64,000 nucleotides of DNA from Candidatus Thorarchaeota archaeon (lineage in GTDB: Archaea > Asgardarchaeota > Thorarchaeia > Thorarchaeales > Thorarchaeaceae). Below the pieces are notes generated by a model, which worked only from the letters and a program-made list of their open reading frames with translations, was not told the origin of the DNA and searched no databases. This document shows, one piece after another, positions 56,787-64,000 of this stretch. The number at the start of each line of letters is the position of its first letter. Positions within the stretch are counted from its first letter, which is position 1. The translations under genes were made by a program, and so were the position numbers. The stretch spans positions 1 to 64,000 of the forward strand of contig JBHLRP010000006.1 in NCBI GenBank assembly GCA_048882485.1, written 5' to 3'.

Positions 56787-58454
56787 TCAAAGCACACTCA
56801 TAATGCGATTGAGAACCCACTCATTACCAAGCAGGTTCAAGAAGCCGCCCAATCTTGGACCTGATTTTCGGGATATCAGAACCCTATAGAGAACGACAAA
56901 TGCTCTCTTGTCTTTTAGGCCCACTGAACGAGCGGTTTCAAAGACCTTGCTCTGCAATTCCTCATCATCAAGAGGCTCGCCCTTCAGGACCTCGGAGAAT
57001 TTTCGGAGAAATTCGCGGTCATTCTCAGTAATAGTATCAATAATTTCCGTAGGCACCGATTCTGAAACCTCAACCTTGTCACGTTCAGTTCCATACTCAT
57101 GGGCCCAAGTCTTTGCTTGATGCAGTCTGATGGGGATCAGCTCTTTTGCTTCAGGAGGTACAGTATCGAGACCATACTGCTTCTTGAGTACTTGCTCGCA
57201 TCGATCGAGAATACTCATAGACCCAAGAATATCCTCCATCTGTGAGGTTATGACTGCGAATTTGAATGGTAGTTTTGGAATATACTTCCCTGAAACCTCC
57301 CCAGCAAGACATAGAGGGTACAATAGCTGAATGTATTCGGCTCGCTCTTCGGTAGTTTCCTCAAGACCATAGTAAGCTCTCTCGAATCTATCAAACTCAT
57401 CCACCATGTCAGGAATTCGTTCAGGCTGCAAGTCAATTGCTCTCTCAAGAGGTGGTCGTAGCACGATATATCGATAAAGCTCAGGAGGCGCGATTGATAA
57501 CCAGACCCTTGGGCTGAATACAATACCTTCAGAGGTTGACATATCGCGTCCACCAATGCGGACCCACTCAAAAGGAACTTTCACTGGACCCTCCCAACCA
57601 AAGACTCGTCGAGATATCTCTAGACCAGTGTCGAAGGAGCCCCCTTTTACAGAGTGGTCTTTTCCTGCAGGCTCACATGTCACGTTTAGCACATACCATT
57701 TAGCTGGCCAATCAATTCGCCAGGAGAGTTTTACTTGAAGGCCATCAAGAGGCGCCTCATCACTGTGACCACATGACGGACATGAAAATGACGCCTTGTC
57801 AGTAACGGGATTATAGTCTGTGATTCTATTAACAACTATTTCCCCCTTCGCGCCTGCCTGAATACGTCCGCAGGAAGGACAGAATACAGAGGCAGGATAC
57901 CAATTCTTCATAGATTCAACATAGTCTGCCTTTTGTTCTTCATTGAAGTCACTGGCTACATATTCAATGAGTATCTCTCGAATGATTTCCGTGTTCTTCA
58001 AGCACAGCCTAATGGCTTCCAGCATTTCCGGAGTTTCGTATAGTTTGCTTTGCCATATCACTTCTGGATTTACACCAAATTGTGGGAATGTTTCTATGAA
58101 CTCATTGGCTGCATGAGCCGCGAAACTCTCACAACAACCAAACTCATCAGGAACTTGAGAATACGGTATTCCAAGCCAATCTTCAAGAGGGAGTGACACA
58201 CTTGCGGGAAATGAACGCACCGGATCATAGTCATCGGCAACAAAGAGAGTCCTGGCATTCTTTCCAGCTTCAATGAGTTTTCGCTTGATGACATCAGCTA
58301 TTATGAGCTCGCGGACGAAGCTAATGGGGATGCTACCACTTATGCTCTTCCCGGTAGAAACCAAGTACTCATCGACATCGCGTTCTAGAACAGTGTCGAC
58401 TACATCACTTATCCAGTGAATGCTGTAATCTTCATCTGGAACATCATCGGACAC
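56787..58454 (-). CDS. lysS: class I lysine--tRNA ligase
   Basis: HW, DDYDP.R, CPSCG, CPSCGH, KL.WRIDWPAKW, EPAGKDH...GGS, MSTS.G, SGPRLG; the HIGH-equivalent reads PISF. Confidence 0.9.
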   Translation of the reverse strand: MSDDVPDEDYSIHWISDVVDTVLERDVDEYLVSTGKSISGSIPISFVRELIIADVIKRKLIEAGKNARTLFVADDYDPVRSFPASVSLPLEDWLGIPYSQVPDEFGCCESFAAHAANEFIETFPQFGVNPEVIWQSKLYETPEMLEAIRLCLKNTEIIREILIEYVASDFNEEQKADYVESMKNWYPASVFCPSCGRIQAGAKGEIVVNRITDYNPVTDKASFSCPSCGHSDEAPLDGLQVKLSWRIDWPAKWYVLNVTCEPAGKDHSVKGGSFDTGLEISRRVFGWEGPVKVPFEWVRIGGRDMSTSEGIVFSPRVWLSIAPPELYRYIVLRPPLERAIDLQPERIPDMVDEFDRFERAYYGLEETTEERAEYIQLLYPLCLAGEVSGKYIPKLPFKFAVITSQMEDILGSMSILDRCEQVLKKQYGLDTVPPEAKELIPIRLHQAKTWAHEYGTERDKVEVSESVPTEIIDTITENDREFLRKFSEVLKGEPLDDEELQSKVFETARSVGLKDKRAFVVLYRVLISRKSGPRLGGFLNLLGNEWVLNRIMSVL

Positions 58455-58502
58455 CTGACTGTCACCACCTTCACCCTCGGGCCTGTGCTAAAGAAGATTG
58501 CT

Positions 58503-60356
58503 CTAGACAGAGAACTCAGTGACACGAAGTTCTGATTTACTCTGGAACAGGATGTATACTGGGACAGCGGCCAATACTACAACTATCAGAAGAGCAACAA
58601 GTGTTGTCACCATAGCGATTGGTAGATAGAGAAGAGAGGGCACCGCTGCTTCAGGAATCAGGAAGTATATGCTGAAGAGCGTCGCTGCAAATACTGCTGG
58701 AATCCCTGACTTCATTCCGATGTCAGTGCCCTCAGCAATCATGACTTTAACGATAAATGACGGTTTGGCACCGATTGATTTCATTATGATGTAGTCACGC
58801 AGCCTGCCAAATACGGAAACAAGCAGGTAATTCATCAGACTAAGAAAGGCGCTCAGCAATGCCATCACTGGGAGTGGTTGAAGCAACAACCAGAATGCAC
58901 CAATCGTTTCTAGGTTTTCTTCCAGGAGGGATTGTTGAAGGTAGATTTCAAATCCATAGTCATGTACAAGACTCTCAATCTGAGCTATTGCTGTAGAATC
59001 GTATCTTTCGAGTTGAACCAGGACGAGATTTGCTCCTGACGCGCCAAAGAGGGCTTGCATCAGTTCCAAGTCCATAAAAGCTACTTCTCCACCATTCAGA
59101 ATATCAAAAGCAATGGCACTGACATTGAGCGACGAGCCACTGACTTCCAGCTTTTGTACAAGAGGATCATCATACATTGTTGTGGCTATCTGGCCACCAA
59201 TCCATACATCTAGGTCTGAACTGACTTCCTGACCATCGAAGAACCAGTTTGACACCGTGGAATCCCAATTAAGACCGACAATCAATGCGGTGCCTTGTCG
59301 TCCTTGGCCAATGCTTTCATACTGCTCGAAAGTGGGATTCCATATGATGCCAGGGCCCTCACGTATGTTTGCATAGGATAGCAACCGCATGTCCACTGTT
59401 GCGACACCCGGCAACTCTGTCACATTTCCAATGAGATTTGAGGGAATCATGAAAGTGCTATCTATGTAGTCAAACGACTCGTCCAGCAGTTCGCCGCCAC
59501 TGAGAGAATATGCACCAAAGTATTGGTCCAATAAGTCGGGATCTCCAATGGCTACAACATCCGAACCCATTGATCTAATAATATATGCATCAGTAGTTGA
59601 TTCTACTACACCGCCGCCAATCCATAGCATAGATGCCAATGATATACTTAGAAATAGACTAAGCAATGTGCGACCAGAGCCTCCAATTCTACGCCCTGTA
59701 GCTTTAGTAGCTATTCGAAAAGGCAATCCAAGGGTGTCAAGATATCCCGCTCTTCGGATCTTGGACCCAATCTCAGGATTCAGTGCGGCTATTGGTGATT
59801 CATGGACGGTATCATAGATTGGCTTCTGTGCAGCAAAGAAACCGATGATAAGGTAGATCGCTGCATATGCGAGGACTTGGAGCCATGGGAAGTCAAGAGA
59901 GAAGCTAAGCGTTGGGATAAGTGATGCAAGCCACGCCAAACCAAGAATGTAGAATATTGCTCCTACAGCAATTCCAACTATCACACTGGTCCCAAGAAGA
60001 ATCAAGGCCTGAGCCATGAAGTGATCGAAAATAGTGTCCATCAATGTGCCAATTGATTTCATTAGCCCGATGTCCTTGCGTCGTGTGACAACCTCCAGAG
60101 AAATTGTGCTTGATACTACGACGACTCCAAGTGATAGAGCCAGCAAAAGCGTTGCCCAGATGAAGGTTTCGAAGAAGATTGTAAACGCACCTGTAGTCCC
60201 TCCCGAAGTGATAATGGAGGTCACGTCAAGCAAAGCATTGCCAAAAAGAAGAAGGAATGTAGTTGCGGCAACTACTGTTGATAAAGATGCAAAGACAAGC
60301 GTAGTCCTGAAGGGACGTCGTTTCAGGTCCTTTGATGCATAATCTTGCTCAGACAT
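58503..60356 (-). CDS. ABC permease with two FtsX domains
   Basis: RRKDIGLMKSIG and R.RD..IMKSIGA motifs, P..AL, large extracellular loop; start MSEQDY at 60356. Confidence 0.88.
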   Translation of the reverse strand: MSEQDYASKDLKRRPFRTTLVFASLSTVVAATTFLLLFGNALLDVTSIITSGGTTGAFTIFFETFIWATLLLALSLGVVVVSSTISLEVVTRRKDIGLMKSIGTLMDTIFDHFMAQALILLGTSVIVGIAVGAIFYILGLAWLASLIPTLSFSLDFPWLQVLAYAAIYLIIGFFAAQKPIYDTVHESPIAALNPEIGSKIRRAGYLDTLGLPFRIATKATGRRIGGSGRTLLSLFLSISLASMLWIGGGVVESTTDAYIIRSMGSDVVAIGDPDLLDQYFGAYSLSGGELLDESFDYIDSTFMIPSNLIGNVTELPGVATVDMRLLSYANIREGPGIIWNPTFEQYESIGQGRQGTALIVGLNWDSTVSNWFFDGQEVSSDLDVWIGGQIATTMYDDPLVQKLEVSGSSLNVSAIAFDILNGGEVAFMDLELMQALFGASGANLVLVQLERYDSTAIAQIESLVHDYGFEIYLQQSLLEENLETIGAFWLLLQPLPVMALLSAFLSLMNYLLVSVFGRLRDYIIMKSIGAKPSFIVKVMIAEGTDIGMKSGIPAVFAATLFSIYFLIPEAAVPSLLYLPIAMVTTLVALLIVVVLAAVPVYILFQSKSELRVTEFSV

Positions 60357-61098
60357 TAGAGGACAGCACTCCATTGTCCATAGTGAGATGACGGGCACCC
60401 TTTGTTCTGACGATAGCATTGTCATGCGTCATCACAACCACCGCCTTGCCAGACTGATGCAATATTTGTAGAAGGTCACGTACCATCTTTGCACTCTCTG
60501 TGTCCAGATTAGCCGTTGGCTCGTCAGCTAGGATAATTGGGGGATCATTCGCCATAGCTCTGGCAATTGCGACCCTCTGCTGTTCACCCGAGCTTAATTG
60601 CCATGGAAGATGATTAGTCCTTTCTTCAAGCCATACTCTCTCGAGCAGTTTGTGTGAGTCATTTTGAATCTCCTCCAGACTCTTGTCAGTCAATTGCATT
60701 GGGAACATGACATTCTCGAGTGCAGTGAGAGTCGAAATCAGATTATAGCTCTGAAATATGAAGCCAGTATTCGAGAGACGAAAAGTTGCCCTGAATGACT
60801 CATCATAGTCACCTATTGGAACATCCATAACAAACACTCGACCCTCTGTTGCATAGTCTATCGCACCGATGATGTTGAGAAGAGTCGTCTTGCCGGATCC
60901 TGATGCTCCTGTAATCGCTACGAAATCCCCCATCCCGACTTCGAGTGTGACCTTGTTGAGGGCGGTGATTTCTCGTCGCCCTAATGAGTATCTTCTCGAT
61001 ACATCTTGGAGCCGCACTGCAAACTTGACTCCGTCGCTGCTTACAGTTTCAACTGTGTCGTAGGTTTCATCTGCTACCCAGGCATCATCATCTGACAT
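60349..61098 (-). CDS. ABC ATP-binding protein (LolD-like)
   Basis: GASGSGKTT, GFIFQSYNL, LSSGEQQRVAIARA, DEPTANLD. Confidence 0.94.
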   Translation of the reverse strand: MSDDDAWVADETYDTVETVSSDGVKFAVRLQDVSRRYSLGRREITALNKVTLEVGMGDFVAITGASGSGKTTLLNIIGAIDYATEGRVFVMDVPIGDYDESFRATFRLSNTGFIFQSYNLISTLTALENVMFPMQLTDKSLEEIQNDSHKLLERVWLEERTNHLPWQLSSGEQQRVAIARAMANDPPIILADEPTANLDTESAKMVRDLLQILHQSGKAVVVMTHDNAIVRTKGARHLTMDNGVLSSNV

Positions 61099-61200
61099 AT
61101 GTAAGGTCTCTCCTTTGCCAATCTGATACTACTATGCGAGATCATCATGACCTCATCTCAAGTCAACTCTGGTTGAAAGATAAATCTAGAGGTACTTCAA

Positions 61201-61992
61201 CTACTGTACTAGTAGGCCTAGAGAGTTTATCGAATTGCGAGCCCAATCACTGAGGATGAGAGGTTTCTCTCGTCCAAAGACACGAATAGTTCTGAGGATA
61301 TCAGCGTCAACGAGCCCACTAACATAGTAACTAACGAGGCTCTTGTCAACCGAAAGGGTCCTACTCAGTTCTGCCTGGGTAATTCTACCGTTGCTAGCAC
61401 ATTCTACCAAGATGGAATGAATGGTTGGATTCCTAGAGAATGCAGCCAATCGCAACACGTGATTCTCTGAGGAATAGCCCTTGAGGAACAAATGCCTGGA
61501 ATTACCATTCCTCACTGAAACTATCATGCCTTCATTCTCAAGATTGTTTAGATGGTACTGAAGAGCTCCCATTGCACACCCTATGCTTCTATGTAGTTCT
61601 CTAAGATGAATACCAGGATATGAAGAGATTTCATCAATAACACGATCACGTAGCTTCTCCAACCGTTCTTGGTCTCTTCTTTCAAGGGAGATAGTACCTA
61701 ATGCTAAGATGAAGGATCCTGGCAGAATTGAGTTAGATAGATAATCAATAGAAACGACTGAGGTTCCAATTTGAAACAAAAACGAACTGCAATCAACGGT
61801 TGAAGTATTGTGCAGCCATTGCATACTGGTTTGAAAGTCAATAACCGGCACCGCAGAGGAATCAGAAACCTCCTGAGCAATGATTTGAGTGCCAGTTGGG
61901 CCAAATCCAGAGAGAACTAGGCCAGTCAGACTTGTCGCAAGGAGAAGAAAGGACAGTCCTACTATGAAGTTCCTTAATGTCTTTGAGCCCAT
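61201..61992 (-). CDS. membrane-anchored double winged-helix transcriptional regulator
   Basis: N-terminal hydrophobic segments; R..I...I...PGIHLREL...G.LQYHL..LE; second HTH ITQAELSR.L....S.VSYY...L. Confidence 0.82.
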   Translation of the reverse strand: MGSKTLRNFIVGLSFLLLATSLTGLVLSGFGPTGTQIIAQEVSDSSAVPVIDFQTSMQWLHNTSTVDCSSFLFQIGTSVVSIDYLSNSILPGSFILALGTISLERRDQERLEKLRDRVIDEISSYPGIHLRELHRSIGCAMGALQYHLNNLENEGMIVSVRNGNSRHLFLKGYSSENHVLRLAAFSRNPTIHSILVECASNGRITQAELSRTLSVDKSLVSYYVSGLVDADILRTIRVFGREKPLILSDWARNSINSLGLLVQ

Positions 61993-62074
61993 TGTCTATC
62001 TTCCGCCTGGAATAAAGTTTCTATCAATATCAATTAAGCGATTGGAATGATTAAGGAACGTACTATTTTTTAAC

Positions 62075-62623
62075 TTATCCACGTGCAGGATAAGTGAGGG
62101 TTATCTTGAACCTGCAGGCATCACCCTTGGCAGACATGCATGTCTCTTCCATAATGAGTAGCTTTTCATGCCCCATTCTATTGTAGTCTGTCAGGTACTC
62201 CATCACGGCTTCTATGAATCCTCTGAGGAAGTAGCATGATGGTTCTTCCGCCTCATAACCAGATGCATAGGGATTGTCTTGAATTCGAACAATCGCCTCC
62301 TCATCGAGAAACAGCTTGTACAGGTTCTCAATCTCAACGTCGCCAAATGGCACAATCAGTGTCTTTAGAGCCATTTTGAGAAACTCAACAATTCCCTTGA
62401 AATCGCTTGGGGGCTTTTGATTTGCTACTTTGAAATACTCACGCTGCGCCTCCAGACCAGCCAGTCGTCCAGCGCTGTAATAGAGATCTCTGACACGATC
62501 AGGGAACATTACCTCAATGCGATTTCCAAGCTTATTCCATGTCTTGGCGAAAAACGCTCTCATCAAGTCTTTTTCTTTGACTCGGCTTTGCCACCAAGGA
62601 ATAACAGGATCTCGTTTAGACAT
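62075..62623 (-). CDS. V4R/TRAPP-fold protein
   Basis: Y.AG..AG, DNPY, PSCYFLRGFIEA, EETC...G..C.F; start MSKRD at 62623. Confidence 0.8.
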   Translation of the reverse strand: MSKRDPVIPWWQSRVKEKDLMRAFFAKTWNKLGNRIEVMFPDRVRDLYYSAGRLAGLEAQREYFKVANQKPPSDFKGIVEFLKMALKTLIVPFGDVEIENLYKLFLDEEAIVRIQDNPYASGYEAEEPSCYFLRGFIEAVMEYLTDYNRMGHEKLLIMEETCMSAKGDACRFKITLTYPARG

Positions 62624-62683
62624 TGTAGAGTCTCCGAAGCTGGAGGAACGCAAGGGCGGTGTTAAGTGCTTTGCTACGACTTG

Positions 62684-63157
62684 CTAGACAAGACGTATGT
62701 TCCAGGTGCAATTGTCAGCTCCAGTGGCTTTGCATAGCTCTTGGAAGACCTTGGCATCAACACCTTTGAACTCTAGGATTACCTCCAGAATCCCGCTGAA
62801 CGCCTCGCAATAGCCAAATCCTCTCATTCCCTCTAGCGTGATTTCCTGGCACCAAATGCAATCCCTATCAGCGACTCTTATAGAGCCCCGTGCAGATTTC
62901 AGATCCACATCAGTGGGTTTCCGATCAAAAAGCAACCTGTAGATGCCATCTATAAGCTTTGCAACATCCTCGCGGGTCATCACTGTATCCTTTGTCTTTG
63001 ATGCGAGCTCGGTTGTAAGGTAAAGATGAGACCCCATCTCCCTTCCCGTGTCGCGAAGCCGTTGATTAGCCTCATCTATGTTGCTGGTTTCTGATAGGAC
63101 TCTTTCAACCCATTGAGCATAAAGACTTACGAATAGTGGGTTTTCGACTTTTGCCAT
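62684..63157 (-). CDS. Bet3/TRAPPC3-like V4R protein
   Basis: LFVSLYAQWV......IDEANQRL...G..MG..L resembles the Bet3 N-terminal helices; CIWC, YCEAFSGILE..LE, C...G...C. Confidence 0.78.
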   Translation of the reverse strand: MAKVENPLFVSLYAQWVERVLSETSNIDEANQRLRDTGREMGSHLYLTTELASKTKDTVMTREDVAKLIDGIYRLLFDRKPTDVDLKSARGSIRVADRDCIWCQEITLEGMRGFGYCEAFSGILEVILEFKGVDAKVFQELCKATGADNCTWNIRLV

Positions 63158-63181
63158 TTATGTGGACCTCACTCAAGTTGT

Positions 63182-64000
63182 CTAGATAGTCTTGCCAATC
63201 ATGTTGATACCAAACTTCTTGTTGCGAGCGATTGTCTGAATCACTTCAGCATTTTGAATGCCTAGTAGTTCTGCGATTTCCTCAGTAGTCCTACTGCCAT
63301 CACAGAGTCTCAATATCTCAAGATCCTCCCCTTTGGCCTTGGACAAGTCTCCGATAAACTTGGGACACTTCACAAATCGACCCATCGTGTCCTCAGAAAC
63401 AGCTACGGTTTCTTCATCACACAACGGAGCCTCCACCATACCCTTTGATGCAGCCCACTTGATAAGTTCAGCAACTCTCTCATTTGGCTGAAACATTGAA
63501 TCAGCAATTCCTGCAACTGTAGCAGAACCATCCACTAACATCAGTACATCAAAGCCGAAGTTCCCATGCACCTGCTTCATTTCATTGTGTAGATCTGAAT
63601 CCAGATTGAGGGCATCTCCGTAACTTGGACCTCGCTTCGGAATTGTAGTGGGCTGTACATTGAATGCTTCTGGAGGCTTGGCCGCTTCTTCTGCAATATG
63701 TTCGGGCTTTGTCTCAATCAGATCCTCAGGTTCCGGCACTACAAACTCAGGCTCACTAGCTTCAGGTGTCGTTGATGCCGCTTGCATTGCTATGCTTTCG
63801 AGTACTTTCAGGTTGGATTCTGCTGATTCCTCAAATTCATCAGGCGGCGGCGGAAGCTCAATGCCCTCCAATAATCTTAGAACATTCTTAGTCTTGGCAA
63901 TAGCAAGGCCAAGCTGCAACTCCGTGACATAAAGAACAGTCAGTATCCAATTCAAATCAACGGGAGAGAGGACCACTAGACCTCGGTCCGTGTCGATTGT
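63182..64000 (-). CDS. 5'-truncated protein: roadblock-like domain, Pro/Glu linker and two wHTH-like domains
   Basis: frame open to the window edge (TIDTDRGLVVLSPV..WILTVL....QLGL); L.L.DG..T...IA repeated twice. Confidence 0.7.
   Translation of the reverse strand, partial: TIDTDRGLVVLSPVDLNWILTVLYVTELQLGLAIAKTKNVLRLLEGIELPPPPDEFEESAESNLKVLESIAMQAASTTPEASEPEFVVPEPEDLIETKPEHIAEEAAKPPEAFNVQPTTIPKRGPSYGDALNLDSDLHNEMKQVHGNFGFDVLMLVDGSATVAGIADSMFQPNERVAELIKWAASKGMVEAPLCDEETVAVSEDTMGRFVKCPKFIGDLSKAKGEDLEILRLCDGSRTTEEIAELLGIQNAEVIQTIARNKKFGINMIGKTI

Noticed and set aside
1-64000. CRISPR arrays, IS elements, integrases, proviruses, rRNA
   Set aside because: No regularly spaced direct repeats, transposase or recombinase motifs, or rRNA signatures were seen
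1-64000. Many 60-190 aa ORFs overlapping the called genes on the opposite strand or in another frame
   Set aside because: They are shadows of genes with clear family motifs and have no motifs or start signals of their own

Overview
Gene-dense archaeal chromosome segment with no CRISPR array, rRNA, integrase or transposase recognised. Gene content points to an Asgard archaeon, most likely a Thorarchaeota-like one (inference): four small GTPases (MglA-like, a second MglA/Cvn-type, Arf-like, Rab-like), roadblock, longin-like, PCI, TPR and Bet3/V4R proteins, eS26 and a solitary EF-2 with an altered diphthamide motif. Housekeeping genes include tldD/tldE, tetraether synthase tes, ileS, the archaeal CoA pathway (panE, PPS, PoK, coaBC), rtcB, tmk, xpf, ino1, cca, trmY, lysS and tRNA-Gln(CUG). 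Highlights not visible in the ORF track: (1) selD is a selenoprotein with an in-frame UGA (HG-U-SCK), and a eukaryote-type SECIS is built on its own stop codon; (2) four promoter-preceded, structured intergenic RNA candidates with C-rich loops, plus structured leaders on ileS and EF-2; (3) a roadblock-wHTH / Bet3-like / V4R gene set resembling a proto-TRAPP module; (4) a GTPase (G3 Gln to Leu) / TPR / caspase-fold surface protein / roadblock cluster; (5) an IleRS2 with a non-canonical GVHH signature and a class I LysRS with a degenerate HIGH motif; (6) a perfect 22-bp DtxR-like palindrome upstream of a putative corrinoid-uptake operon. All calls come from reading motifs by eye and all RNA folds were done by hand; no database search was run.
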